Assembly (NCBI GenBank): GCA_963674755.2
Contig: CAXXVS010000002.1
Location: 96,001 to 160,000 of the forward strand
Direction: 5' to 3'
Length of the DNA: 64,000 nt
Origin: Desulfobacterales bacterium
Lineage (GTDB): Bacteria; Desulfobacterota; Desulfobacteria; Desulfobacterales; UBA5852
Shown one piece after another: positions 1 to 9,735 of this stretch; within the stretch, counting starts at the first letter, position 1; every line of letters begins with the position of its first letter. The notes under the pieces were generated by a model. That model made no database searches, was not told where the DNA came from, and saw only the letters and a list, made by a program, of their open reading frames with translations. A program made the translations under genes and the position numbers.

Positions 1-729
1 GCGGTGGCCGGCCAGGTCCTCCCGGTTCAGGGCGGCCCCGTGGGTCGCGGCATCGGCTGCGATGCGCTCGGCCAGGGCCCCGCGGTAGAAGGATTCCCCG
101 TGGGTGGCGGCAATCTCCTGAAGCGTGCGGGCCATGTCCGGGCAGCGGAAGATTTCCCCCGGACGGGGGGCGCGTCCTTCCGGCAAAAAGGCGGCCCCAA
201 AGGCCTCGAAATCCCGGTAGGTCTCGGCGGCTTCGGCCCAGCGCCGGGCGGTGAGGGGGGATACCGGATAGCCCCCGGCCGCATAGGCCAGGGCCGGGCC
301 AAAGAGCGCTTCGAAAGGCAGGTTCCCGAAGCGGGACGACAACTGAGCCCAGGTATCCACGGCACCGGGCACGGTGACGGCCTCCCAGCCGTGGACGGGC
401 ATGGTGTCAAGGTCGGCAAAGCGCGCCGGCGTCCACCCGGCGGGGGAGCGGCCGGAGCCGTTGATGCCGGTCAGGGCCTCACCGTCCCACACCAGGGCAA
501 AGGCGTCGCTGCCCAGCCCGTTGCTGGTGGGCTCCACCACGGTCAGGGCGATGGCCGTAGCCAGGGCGGCATCCACGGCGTTGCCGCCCTGCTGGAGCAT
601 ACGCAGTCCGGCCTGGGCCGCCAGCGGTTGGGAAGTGGCCACGGCGTTGGCGCCCATGACCGGCATGCGGCGGGAAGGGTAGGGGTATTGCCAGAGGGAT
701 TCTTCGTTGCGAGACTGGGATTCGTTCAA
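1..729 (-). CDS. gamma-glutamyltransferase (GGT/YwrD-like Ntn hydrolase) family protein, N-terminal part; runs off the window edge
   Basis: Not in the ORF track. Manual translation of the minus strand from TTG at 729 (GGAGG upstream) gives YPYPSRRMPVMGANAVATSQPLAAQAGLRMLQQGGNAVDAALATAIALTVVEPTSNGLGSDAF and later VTVPGAV, the typical GGT N-terminus. Confidence 0.9.
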   Translation of the reverse strand, partial: MNESQSRNEESLWQYPYPSRRMPVMGANAVATSQPLAAQAGLRMLQQGGNAVDAALATAIALTVVEPTSNGLGSDAFALVWDGEALTGINGSGRSPAGWTPARFADLDTMPVHGWEAVTVPGAVDTWAQLSSRFGNLPFEALFGPALAYAAGGYPVSPLTARRWAEAAETYRDFEAFGAAFLPEGRAPRPGEIFRCPDMARTLQEIAATHGESFYRGALAERIAADAATHGAALNREDLAGHR

Positions 730-760
730 CTATACCTCCATAATGGAATGCGGAAAGAAA

Positions 761-831
761 AAGCTGTTAAGCTCGTGAGCTGGTAAGCTGTTTAGCAAGA
801 GAAAGAAACCCATTCAACAGTTCACAAGCTT
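761..831. repeat. octamer tandem array with inverted partner arm
   Basis: AAGCTGTT AAGCTCGT GAGCTGGT AAGCTGTT (761-792), then inverted units AACAGTTC ACAAGCTT (816-831). Confidence 0.7.
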
Positions 832-832
832 A

Positions 833-3673
833 TTATCTGTTTTTCAATCGTTTCGCTACAATCTCCACCGGGTGGCGGATGGGCAAGTGGGAGAATTCTT
901 CCATCTGCATCCGGCAGGTGGGGCAGTCGGTAACCCCGTAGTGGGCCCCGGAACGGTCGAGCTGGCTGATCAGGTCTTCGCCGATGGTGCGGCTCAGTTC
1001 GAAGTGCGCGGCCGTCATGCCCCAGCTGCCGGCCATGCCGCAGCAGTGGGTCTTCAGGGGGTGGACACGGACCTTATCCAGAGCGGCCAGCATATCCACC
1101 GAAGCGCTGGGAGCCACCTGGATTTTGAGGTGGCAGGGAGCGTGGTAGGCCAGTTCCAACGGGGGGCCGGCGGTATGCAGGCGGTCCCCGAAGCGGTTGA
1201 CAAGCCGACTGATGTGGATGGTTTTCGCCCCCAGGTTGGCGATGGCGGCCGAATCCGCGAGGGTGGTCCATTCCTGTTGCAGGGCATAGCCGCAGGAGGA
1301 GCAGGTGACCACGATGGCATCGACCGCGGCCGCTTGTTGGCTCCACTGGCGCAGGTTGGCCTGAACCTTGGCGCGGGCTGCACGGGCCATACCCTTGGAC
1401 AGCAGGGGCAGGCCGCAGCAATGCTGTTTGGGCAGATGCACCGTGCAACCGAGGTGCTCCAGCACCCGGATGGCGGCGGTCCCGATTTCCGGGCGGATAT
1501 AGCCCGCATAGCAGCCGGCGAAGTAGAGCACCCGGAAGCCGGATGACGCGCTGCGCGGTTCGGCCCGGGCCGCCAGGGGGCGCGGATCGAAGGCCGGCAA
1601 ACGACGCCGGGCGGAGATTCCCGTGGTTTTTTCCATGAGACGGCGTACCGGCGCCAGGGCCATCAGGGGAGCCGTGAGGGGGCTGAAGGGATGCGTGAAA
1701 CGGGCCCCCAGCTCCACGTTGGCCAGCAGGTGGTCGGTCAGGGGCGATCCAAAGCGTTCGGCATAGCGGGCGCGTGCCTCGATGGCCATTTGGGGGATGT
1801 TGACGTTGGAGGGGCACTCGTAATGGCAGCTGCCGCAGCTGACGCAGTGGCGCATGACCTCCTGGAAGGCTTCCGTGTAAAGGGCCTGGTCATCAATGGC
1901 GCCACTGATCAAGGCCCGCAGGACATTGGCCTTGGCCTTGGGGGAAGCGGCCTCCTCCCGGGTGAATTTATAGACCGGGCACATGCGGGTGGCCGTGGTT
2001 ACCGTGGTGCACTGGGAGCAGCCGTGGCATTTTTCGACGGCCTCGCAAAACCCTTCCTCCTCCCAGTGAAGCCGGGGTTTTTCCGGATCCCGGCTGCGGT
2101 AGGCGGCGCCATAGCGCAGCGCGCGGGTCATCTGGTCAGGCTGGTGACGGGTGATGATGGCGGGGTTGAGGCGGCCGTCCGGGTCCAGCAGGGCCTTGGT
2201 CGTCAGGAAAAGGCCGTAGATGTCCGGGTAGCGCCGCTGGATGTAGGCGCTGCGCAGCCGTCCGTCGCCGTGTTCGCCGGAGACGGTGCCGTCCAGGTCG
2301 CGCACCATGGTGTAGTAGTCGTCCGCGATGGCCTGCAGCCGCCCCAGGTCGCGTTCATCCTTGAGATCCAGCAGGGGACGGGTGTGCAGGAGGCCCTTGG
2401 CGATATGGCCGTAGATCACGAACGGCACCTTGTGGCCTTCCAGCACCCGGTAGACGCCTTCGAAAAAGGGGACCAGGTTGCGGATGGGCACGGCGGCATC
2501 TTCCACCAGGGCCAGGATTTTGCGGCGGCCCCTCATCTTGTAGAGGATGGGCACGGCGGCCTTGCGCACCGCCCAGAAACGCTCCTTCTCCCGGGCCGTG
2601 ACGGCGGTGTAGGCGCGCTGGGTAAAGCCCCCGGAGCGCAAAAGGGCCTGCACGGCCTCGGCCTGCCGGGAGCACTCTTCGTTGGTGAAACCGTCGAATT
2701 CGATCAGCAGCACATTGTCCACGTCCTCGGGGACGGCCTGGCGAAGGGCGGGGTTGCTTTCGCAAGCCAGCCGGAGCAGGGAGCGGTCCATGATTTCGAT
2801 GCCCGAGGGGGCCATGGGCAGGATCTGCTGGACTGCCCGGGCGGATGCCACGATAGCGTCCATGAAGGCCACCACCAGGCTGTCATGGGGTGGCTTTTCC
2901 TTCAGGCGGAAGGTGAGCCGGGTGACGATGCCCAGGGTGCCTTCGGCCCCGGCCAGCAGGCGCCGCAGGTCCAGGCGTCCTTCCCGCACCAAGCCCCGCA
3001 GGTTGTAGCCCGCCGAATTGTAGGGCGTGTCCGGGTAGGCGGTCCGGATGCGTCCGGCATTCTCCTCGTAGAGGGCGGCCAGCCGCTGGAAATGGGCCGG
3101 CAGGGTGCGGGGTTCGCGGGTCATGATTTCCGAGAGCCGGATAACGCTTCCGTCGGCCAGCACCACTTCGGCATCTTCCAGGTAGTCGGCCGTGTTGCCG
3201 TACTTCACCGAATGGGCCCCGCTGGCGTTGGTCCCCAGCATGCCGCCAAAGGTGGCGTATTCCCCGCTGGAGGGATCGGGCGGGAAAAAGAGCCCCTGGT
3301 TCTTGAGAAGCGCCTGGAGTTCGCCGAAGCGGTAGCCCGGCTGGCAGGTGAATGTTTTAGCGGCTCTATCCAGCCCGATGAGACGGTTCATGTAGCGGGT
3401 GAAATCGATGACCAGGCCCCGGCCCAGGGCGCTGCCGCACAGCCCGCTGCCAGCCCCCCGGGGGTGCAGGGTCAGATTGTACCGGGCGGCGAAGCGCACC
3501 GTGCGCCGCACGTCTTCCGTATGACGGGGGTAGACCACCCCGGCCGGCCGCACGCTGAAAATACTGCCGTCCGTGGCCAGCATGACACGGCACAGGGCAT
3601 CGGTATGGACTTCGCCGGAAAGCGTTTTTTGTAAAAGGCTGAAATCGATGGGGGGTGAAGCGTTGGTTGTCAT
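833..3673 (-). CDS. FAD-linked oxidase fused to Fe-S/CCG domains (GlcD+GlcF / YdiJ-like D-2-hydroxyacid dehydrogenase)
   Basis: PRGAGSGLCG and PPDPSS FAD-binding region, SGEHGDGRLR motif, CxxCxxC ferredoxin motifs, C-terminal CCG repeats (CCGLP, CCGMAG, DCPTC). Confidence 0.85.
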   Translation of the reverse strand: MTTNASPPIDFSLLQKTLSGEVHTDALCRVMLATDGSIFSVRPAGVVYPRHTEDVRRTVRFAARYNLTLHPRGAGSGLCGSALGRGLVIDFTRYMNRLIGLDRAAKTFTCQPGYRFGELQALLKNQGLFFPPDPSSGEYATFGGMLGTNASGAHSVKYGNTADYLEDAEVVLADGSVIRLSEIMTREPRTLPAHFQRLAALYEENAGRIRTAYPDTPYNSAGYNLRGLVREGRLDLRRLLAGAEGTLGIVTRLTFRLKEKPPHDSLVVAFMDAIVASARAVQQILPMAPSGIEIMDRSLLRLACESNPALRQAVPEDVDNVLLIEFDGFTNEECSRQAEAVQALLRSGGFTQRAYTAVTAREKERFWAVRKAAVPILYKMRGRRKILALVEDAAVPIRNLVPFFEGVYRVLEGHKVPFVIYGHIAKGLLHTRPLLDLKDERDLGRLQAIADDYYTMVRDLDGTVSGEHGDGRLRSAYIQRRYPDIYGLFLTTKALLDPDGRLNPAIITRHQPDQMTRALRYGAAYRSRDPEKPRLHWEEEGFCEAVEKCHGCSQCTTVTTATRMCPVYKFTREEAASPKAKANVLRALISGAIDDQALYTEAFQEVMRHCVSCGSCHYECPSNVNIPQMAIEARARYAERFGSPLTDHLLANVELGARFTHPFSPLTAPLMALAPVRRLMEKTTGISARRRLPAFDPRPLAARAEPRSASSGFRVLYFAGCYAGYIRPEIGTAAIRVLEHLGCTVHLPKQHCCGLPLLSKGMARAARAKVQANLRQWSQQAAAVDAIVVTCSSCGYALQQEWTTLADSAAIANLGAKTIHISRLVNRFGDRLHTAGPPLELAYHAPCHLKIQVAPSASVDMLAALDKVRVHPLKTHCCGMAGSWGMTAAHFELSRTIGEDLISQLDRSGAHYGVTDCPTCRMQMEEFSHLPIRHPVEIVAKRLKNR

Positions 3674-3680
3674 GGAATCG

Positions 3681-3832
3681 AGGAATAAAGTAATAAAGTG
3701 GTTAAGTTTTAAGTGATTATGGTTTTAAAGATTTAGGGGTTTAAGAGAAAAAGGCGGGGATCGTCCGCTTCGAGGGTAAAGATGTTGACCTTAACCCTAA
3801 ACCTGTAAATCCCTAAGACGTTAAAACCCTAT
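3681..3832. repeat. degenerate 8-nt periodic array with inverted partner arm
   Basis: Left arm units such as GTTTTAAA GATTTAGG GGTTTAAG; right arm CCTAAACC TGTAAATC CCTAAGAC GTTAAAAC; TAA/TAG recurs mostly every 8 nt. Confidence 0.65.
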
Positions 3833-4578
3833 ATCTTTTTCCTTTTTCCGTTGCCATTGTTATCCGCGGCCAGTCCGGCTTCGCGGGCGTTGTCTTCGGC
3901 GTAGTGCAGGTGCTCCGCCATGGCCTGGTAGGCGGCCTGGCGGTCGCGCCGGGCAATGGCCTCCACGATGGCGGTATGCTGGGCAAGCAATGCATCGAAA
4001 GTTTTCCGATCGTCGTAGAGATCGGCGTAGACCTTGTGGGTCACCTGCTTGATCCAGTCGGAAATGCTGTTCATCATGTGCACCAGAAAACGGTTGCGCG
4101 AGGCCGTGGAGATGAGAAAGTGCAGGCGGACATTGAGTTCGTAGCTGATAGGGCCTTCCCGCCGCGCCCGGCGCATGTCGTCCAGGCAGGTCCGCATGGC
4201 TGTGATCTCTTCGTCCTGGACGCGTTCGGCCGCGGTGGCCGCGCCCCAGGTTTCCAGAACGGCCCGGATTTCCATCAGGTCGAAGATAAAATCGTCTTTC
4301 TTGATGAGCTCCTGCATCATGTCCGTCATAGGGCCGGCCGTGGCTGAACGCACGAAGGTGCCGTCCCCCTGGCGCTGATCGACAAAGCCCAGGCACTCCA
4401 GCTTGAGGATGGCCTCGCGCACCGAGGAACGGCTGACGTCCATCATGGTGGTCAGCTCCCGCTCCGGTGGCAGCTTGTCGCCCGGCAGCAGGCGGCCGCT
4501 GGTGATGAGATCGCGCACCTGGTCGAAAACCCGGTCGCTGACTTTTTTCTGGGGTATTTTTTTAAAAAGCGCTGTCAT
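3829..4578 (-). CDS. FadR/GntR-family transcriptional regulator
   Basis: LLPGDKLPPERELTTMMDVSRSSVREAI winged HTH and an FCD C-terminal domain. Confidence 0.92.
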   Translation of the reverse strand: MTALFKKIPQKKVSDRVFDQVRDLITSGRLLPGDKLPPERELTTMMDVSRSSVREAILKLECLGFVDQRQGDGTFVRSATAGPMTDMMQELIKKDDFIFDLMEIRAVLETWGAATAAERVQDEEITAMRTCLDDMRRARREGPISYELNVRLHFLISTASRNRFLVHMMNSISDWIKQVTHKVYADLYDDRKTFDALLAQHTAIVEAIARRDRQAAYQAMAEHLHYAEDNAREAGLAADNNGNGKRKKI

Positions 4579-4727
4579 GGTTATTTAGGTCAAACCCTGT
4601 GGATTGCGGCGGGATGCGTTATTCGCGATTCATCCCCGGGTCAGGGGAGGGGCCGTGCGCCTCCTCTGTCCATTTATTGGGGCTCCAAGCCGTTGGGATT
4701 AAGGTTTTGTGTCGATGTCCTGGCCGG

Positions 4728-6695
4728 TCAGGTCAAGGCCACCTCGGCCGCCCGGCGGCTGATCATTTTCTGCACCATGACCAGACCTGTGAACAGGGCC
4801 AATCCGCCCAGGTGCAGGACAAAAGACGGTATCACCAGCGGTGTTTCCCCGGCGGAAAGCGATACCTGCGGCCAGAGCAGGAGGGCGGCCGTAATCAGGT
4901 AGAGCAGCCGCAGGCCCCAGTTCAGCAGGATGACATGGAAGCCTTCAAACATGGCCGCCGCGCAGAACAGACCCAGCAGGGCGGCGATGGACGTTTCGAT
5001 GACCTGCCAGATCGGCCCTTCGAAGAGAATGGGCGTGTACACGAAAAGCAGTGGGATGATGTAGATGCCCTTGGCCAATTTCCATGATTCGAAGCCGGTT
5101 TCCAGCGGTTTGCTGCCGGAGATCCCGGCAGCCGAATAGGCGGCCAGGCAGACCGGCGGGGTGACGTTGGCGTCCTGGGAGTACCAGAAGATCAGCATGT
5201 GGGAGGCGATCAGGGAGGCCCCCAGCATCTCCATGGACGGCGCCGCCAGGACCGCCAGCACGATGTAGGAGGCGGTTACCGGCAACCCCATGCCCAGCAC
5301 GAGGGAGGCCAGGGCTACCAGGACGATGGTGATAAAAAGGTTACCGCCGGAAATGGTGGAAATCATGATGGAGAACTTGATGCCGGCGCCCACCATGAGG
5401 ACCACGCCCACCACGATCCCCGAGCACAGCAGGATGACGCCGGTGGAGACCATGTTGCGGGACCCATGGGCCATGGCATCGAGGATGTCCTGGAAGCCCA
5501 TACGGGTTTTCTTGTTGAGCCAGGAGGATACCACGATGGCCCCAATGCCGACGCAGGCCGCGAAAGTGGGGGTGAACCCGTAGACCAGCAGGCCCATCAG
5601 CACCCCGATGGGGATGAAGAAATGCCAGCCTTCTTTGAGGACCGCCCCGATGGACGGAATTTCGCTTTTGTCCAGAGCCTGCAGGCCCTGTTTTTTGGCG
5701 CGCAAGTGAACGAAGAAGGCCACGCTGATGAAATACAGCAGGGCCGGGATGATGGCCACCCCCACGATGGTCAGATAGGGGATCTGGGTCCACTGGCTCA
5801 TGATAAAGGCGCCCGCCCCCATGATGGGCGGCATGAGCTGGCCGCCGGTGGAGGCGGCCGCTTCCACGCCGCCGGCGAACTTGGGGGAGAACCCGACCCG
5901 TTTCATCAGGGGGATCGTGATGGAGCCGGTGCCCACCGTGTTGGCCACGGCGCTGCCGGAAATGGAGCCCATCAGGCCGCTGGCGAAGACCGCCATCTTG
6001 GCCGGCCCGCCGATCATGCGGCCCATGACAGCCACCGAGAGTTGGATGATAAAATCCCCTGCGCCGGATTTCAGCAGAAAGGCGGCAAAGAGTACAAATA
6101 GAAAGACAAACGTGGAGGAGATGGTGGCAATCGTCCCGAAGATGCCGTCCGGGGCGAAGTACATGCGGTAGAGCATGCGCTCTACGGTCACACCGGGAAA
6201 GTTCCACAGGCCGCCCATATACTTGCCGAACCAGAGGGCGTAGCCGAGAAAAACGGCCGCAATGGAAGGGATGATGTAGCCGGCCGTGCGTCGCGTGATC
6301 TCGATCATCAGCACAATGGCGATGGCCGCGAAGACCATATCCACGGCAATGGGAACTTCGTTGCGGGCATGCAGGGCGTCTTCGAAGAGCACCAGGTAGC
6401 AGCCGGTGGCCACGGCCAGGACGGCCAGCCCGTAGTCGATAAAGCGGGTCTGGCGTGCGAATCGGCTGCTGACGGGGTAGATGATAAACCCCATGAAAAG
6501 CACGAAGGCAAAGTGCAAGGCGTTGCGTTGGATTTCGGGCATGATGCCGATGGTGTTGACCCACAGGTGAAAGAGAGCCATCAGAACGCCGGCCCAGTAT
6601 ATGACGCGGGCCTGCAAGCCTTCCAGGCGGCGCTGGGTGGAACGGGACTCGCCGCTGACTTCGGTTGTGGTGGCGGAATCGTCGGGTGCGGGCAT
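4728..6695 (-). CDS. TRAP transporter fused 4TM/12TM permease (TAXI type)
   Basis: GGPAK, ISGSAVAN, AASTGGQLMPPIMGAGAF, LGMGLP and TPPVCLAAY motifs. Start moved to ATG 6695 because the longer ORF extends into non-homologous sequence. Confidence 0.9.
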   Translation of the reverse strand: MPAPDDSATTTEVSGESRSTQRRLEGLQARVIYWAGVLMALFHLWVNTIGIMPEIQRNALHFAFVLFMGFIIYPVSSRFARQTRFIDYGLAVLAVATGCYLVLFEDALHARNEVPIAVDMVFAAIAIVLMIEITRRTAGYIIPSIAAVFLGYALWFGKYMGGLWNFPGVTVERMLYRMYFAPDGIFGTIATISSTFVFLFVLFAAFLLKSGAGDFIIQLSVAVMGRMIGGPAKMAVFASGLMGSISGSAVANTVGTGSITIPLMKRVGFSPKFAGGVEAAASTGGQLMPPIMGAGAFIMSQWTQIPYLTIVGVAIIPALLYFISVAFFVHLRAKKQGLQALDKSEIPSIGAVLKEGWHFFIPIGVLMGLLVYGFTPTFAACVGIGAIVVSSWLNKKTRMGFQDILDAMAHGSRNMVSTGVILLCSGIVVGVVLMVGAGIKFSIMISTISGGNLFITIVLVALASLVLGMGLPVTASYIVLAVLAAPSMEMLGASLIASHMLIFWYSQDANVTPPVCLAAYSAAGISGSKPLETGFESWKLAKGIYIIPLLFVYTPILFEGPIWQVIETSIAALLGLFCAAAMFEGFHVILLNWGLRLLYLITAALLLWPQVSLSAGETPLVIPSFVLHLGGLALFTGLVMVQKMISRRAAEVALT

Positions 6696-6790
6696 GGGTG
6701 GATCGTCCTTCCGTGACGGCTGCTTGCCGATTTTAGCGCTTGTCGCTTCTGGCGGTGGCATTAGGAGAAGGCATCGGCCTTTCAAGGGCG

Positions 6791-6927
6791 GTTACGTTGC
6801 TTGCGTGTGAAAGAAACGTAAGCGTCGTGTCCCGCTTAATGCGGCCCGTCGTCCCATCCGCCGATCAAGTGGCGCCTCATGTCGCCGAAGCCCGGCGGAG
6901 GCAAAGGGGGGGTGATTTCACCCCCCC
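6791..6927. repeat. degenerate copy of dispersed repeat family 2, ending in a G7/C7 hairpin
   Basis: GTTACG..GAAAGAAACGTAAG..CGTGTCCCGCTT..GTCGCCGAAGCCCGGCGGAGGCAAAGGGG aligns by eye with 18037-18230; hairpin GGGGGGGTGA-TT-TCACCCCCCC at 6906-6927. Confidence 0.6.
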
Positions 6928-6967
6928 TCCTCATCCGTTATAAGAGAACGCGCTGCCATCTGTTGAG

Positions 6968-7969
6968 CTACATCAGGCTGGCCGGGATCTGGATGCCCTG
7001 CTCCTTGTAATATTTGATGGCACCGGGATGCAGCGGCACCGGGAGTCCGCTGATAGCGCGTTCCAGGCTCATGGCTTTGGTGGCTTTGTGAATGTTGGTG
7101 AGGAACGGCAGGTTTTCATAAATGGTCTTGGTGATCAGGTAGACGGTTTCTTCGGAGAGGTCCGGAGTGACCGCCAGGAAATTGGGCTGGGAGATGGTCC
7201 GGATGTCTTTCTCCTGCCCGGGATAGGTACCGGCCTTGACGACGTAGCGGTTCCAGATGGGGTATTTCTTCTGGATGGTGGCCAGTTGTTCGTCGCTGAA
7301 ATCCAGCACCTTGATTTTTTTGTTGCCCATCTGGGCGAAGAGCTGGGTGACGGCGGCCACCGGGGGGCCGGCCGGGGTGTTCATGCCGGCGATGCGTCCG
7401 TCCATCATGGCCTGGGCCGAAGGGGTATAGGCCAGGTATTCGAGAGTCATCTCTTTCTCAGGGTCGATGCCCAGAGCGGCCAGGATCGTGCGGCCGGAGC
7501 CCTCGGTGCCGCTGCCCCGCTTACCGATGGAGAATTTCTGGCCGAAATCCTTCAGGTCCCCGATGGTGCCGGTTTTTTGATATTTGCTCAGAATGGTGAA
7601 GTGTTCCACGTTTTCCCAGAGCATGGTGATGGAACGGAAATCTTTGATGGCCTTGCCCTTGTAAGGCCCTTCGCCGTTGTAAGCGTTAAGCCCAAAGAGG
7701 GATTGGAGGATGGCCATCTGGGCCTCTTTGTTCTTAAGCATCTGGACGTTTTCGCCCGAGCCGGCCGAGTTGATGGCCGTGGCGGTGATCTGATGCTTGC
7801 CGGCCAGTTTGATGCTGATCAGGGTGCCGATAGCCACACCCACCGGGTAGTAGGTGCCGCCGGTGGTGGCTGTTGCGATGATCAGGCTTTCGGCAGCCTT
7901 GGTTTGGTGTGCGCTGAAGCTCAGCACCAGACAGACGGCGACGATTGCGATGAGGAATTTTTTAGCCAC
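6968..7969 (-). CDS. TAXI-family TRAP solute-binding protein
   Basis: Signal peptide, then IATATTGGTYYPVG, SAGSGENV, GSGTE and PLHPGA motifs; GTG start at 7969 with AGGAGG RBS. Confidence 0.92.
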   Translation of the reverse strand: MAKKFLIAIVAVCLVLSFSAHQTKAAESLIIATATTGGTYYPVGVAIGTLISIKLAGKHQITATAINSAGSGENVQMLKNKEAQMAILQSLFGLNAYNGEGPYKGKAIKDFRSITMLWENVEHFTILSKYQKTGTIGDLKDFGQKFSIGKRGSGTEGSGRTILAALGIDPEKEMTLEYLAYTPSAQAMMDGRIAGMNTPAGPPVAAVTQLFAQMGNKKIKVLDFSDEQLATIQKKYPIWNRYVVKAGTYPGQEKDIRTISQPNFLAVTPDLSEETVYLITKTIYENLPFLTNIHKATKAMSLERAISGLPVPLHPGAIKYYKEQGIQIPASLM

Positions 7970-8120
7970 GGGACCCTCCTTGGAAAGTTTGGGGTTGAGA
8001 AGGTGCATCGGTTTATACGACCGGTTGCGGGCAGGCCGATCAAGCAGGCGGGCAGGTGGTTGCCGCAATCGGATCGATCCGGCTTTACAGGAACCAAGCT
8101 TTTCGTTATAGGATGTCCGA

Positions 8121-8140
8121 TGGTCAGTGGTCTGACCAAT
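8121..8140. promoter_or_regulatory. candidate FadR-subfamily (LldR/PdhR-like) operator
   Basis: TGGTCAGTGGTCTGACCAAT contains the TGGTC-N-GACCA palindrome, in the divergent promoter region of a unit encoding a FadR-type regulator. Confidence 0.65.
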
Positions 8141-8184
8141 CTATTGTGCTATAGATAACTTCGTTACACGATGTCAAGCATAAA

Positions 8185-8371
8185 TAGTGTCCATCCATAT
8201 ATGGCATCTTTTGACCCCTGGCCCGCCGCCGGTGGACCAAATCCACCTTTGGCGGACAAGCTGGCGTTCTCGCCTTCTGTCGGTCCTCGGCGTAGCCGGG
8301 CTACGCCTGTGGGCGCCAGTCGGCTGCGGCCTTGCCAGGAACCAAAATCTACCACCTTGGGATGGACACTA
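8185..8371 (+). repeat. palindromic MITE/REP-like element, family 1, copy A
   Basis: Perfect 12-bp terminal inverted repeat TAGTGTCCATCC...GGATGGACACTA; internal GGCGTT, central hairpin CGTAGCCGGGCTACG, GCCTTG. Confidence 0.85.
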
Positions 8372-8386
8372 AATAAGGCAAAGCCC

Positions 8387-9685
8387 ATGCGATACCCTCC
8401 CTTTATCGAGACGGACATCGATTTTCCGCCCTTTTGGCACATCCGAATGAACCCCGAAGCGCCGCGCATCGACGATGTAACGGCCGCCACGGCCCGCACC
8501 GTGGACCGGGCCGTATCCGAGAGCCCCATCCGTTCCGGGGATTCGGTGGCGCTGGCCGTGGGCAGCCGCGGCATGGCCAATCTCCCGCAGATGGTGCGCA
8601 CCTTTTGCCGGCGATTGCAGGCGGCCGGGGCGCACCCCTTTATCGTGCCGGCCATGGGCAGCCACGGCGGCGCCACGGCCGAGGGCCAGACGGCCCTGCT
8701 GGCACGCCTGGGGGTGACGGAGGACGTCTGTGGGGTTCCGCTGCGTGCCTCCATGGAGGCGGTCCGTATCGCCACCGTATTCGATGAGGTGCCGGTATTC
8801 CTGGCCCGGGAGATCCTGGCGGCGGACCATGCCGTCTGCCTCAACCGGGTCAAGCCCCACACCAAGTTCAAGGGGACCCTGGAAAGCGGGCTGGCCAAGA
8901 TGCTTTGTGTGGGCATGGGCAAGCACGCCGGGGCCCTGGCCTACCATCGTTGGGCCCTGCGTTACGGCTTCTTCCCCCTGTTGCAGGAAATGGCCAGGGC
9001 TATCTTGAGCCACAGTCCCTTCCGTTTCGGCCTGGCGGTGGTGGAAAGCGCGCGGGACGAAACCAGCCTGATCGAGGCGGTGGCAGCCGACGAACTGCTG
9101 GAACGGGAGCCGGTTCTGCTCGCCAAGGCCAAAGCGCAGTTTCCCCGCCTGCCGTTTACTGAAATGGATGTACTGGCGGTGGAGACCATCGGCAAGGAAA
9201 TCAGCGGTGCCGGTATGGATCCCAACGTGACCGGGCGGGCTTTCGATCTGATGGAAAGCGACTTCTCCGCAGCACTGAAGGCTACCCGGGTGGCCGTGTT
9301 GAACCTGTCTTCCCGAACAGGCGGCAATGCCATCGGCCTGGGCAACGCCGACATCATCACCGAGAAGGTCTTCCGGGCCATGGACTACGAGGCCACCCTG
9401 ATGAACGCCCTGACCAGTCTCTCCCTCCACAAGGCCTTTATCCCGGTGCGGCTGCCCAGCGACCGCAAAGCCCTCCAGGCCTGCTTCACCACCCTCGGCC
9501 CGACGCCCCTAGAGTTGATCCGCGCGGCCATCGTCCGCGACACCCGACATGTTCAGGAATTCCTGGCCACGGCGCCCCTGGGAGAGGAATTGGCCGGTCG
9601 CTCAGATGTCGAGGTGCTTTCCAGGGATGCCCTGATATTCAATGGGGAAGATAATTTGCGATGCCCCTGGGAGCGTGGAGCCTGA
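8387..9685 (+). CDS. LarA (nickel-pincer lactate racemase) superfamily protein, DUF362/DUF2088-type
   Basis: AVGSRG, PAMGSHGG, NRVKPHT..ESGLAKM, GKEISGAGMD motifs. The ORF-track N-terminal extension is the translated repeat element, so ATG 8387 is preferred. Confidence 0.75.
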   Translation: MRYPPFIETDIDFPPFWHIRMNPEAPRIDDVTAATARTVDRAVSESPIRSGDSVALAVGSRGMANLPQMVRTFCRRLQAAGAHPFIVPAMGSHGGATAEGQTALLARLGVTEDVCGVPLRASMEAVRIATVFDEVPVFLAREILAADHAVCLNRVKPHTKFKGTLESGLAKMLCVGMGKHAGALAYHRWALRYGFFPLLQEMARAILSHSPFRFGLAVVESARDETSLIEAVAADELLEREPVLLAKAKAQFPRLPFTEMDVLAVETIGKEISGAGMDPNVTGRAFDLMESDFSAALKATRVAVLNLSSRTGGNAIGLGNADIITEKVFRAMDYEATLMNALTSLSLHKAFIPVRLPSDRKALQACFTTLGPTPLELIRAAIVRDTRHVQEFLATAPLGEELAGRSDVEVLSRDALIFNGEDNLRCPWERGA

Positions 9686-9735
9686 TCCATTTTCCCTGGC
9701 GTCGGCTGTCTGATAGCTGCTCTGCAGCTCGCCTA

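Noticed and set aside
4..786. 260-aa plus-strand ORF
   Set aside because: The opposite strand encodes a clear GGT-family protein.
1691..3634. 647-aa plus-strand ORF and the many similar overlapping ORFs in the track
   Set aside because: Antisense or off-frame shadows of well-supported genes.
8171..8386. N-terminal extension of the LarA-like ORF, similar to text in ORFs at 57478-58137 and 57824-58024
   Set aside because: The similarity comes from the shared DNA repeat, not from a protein domain.
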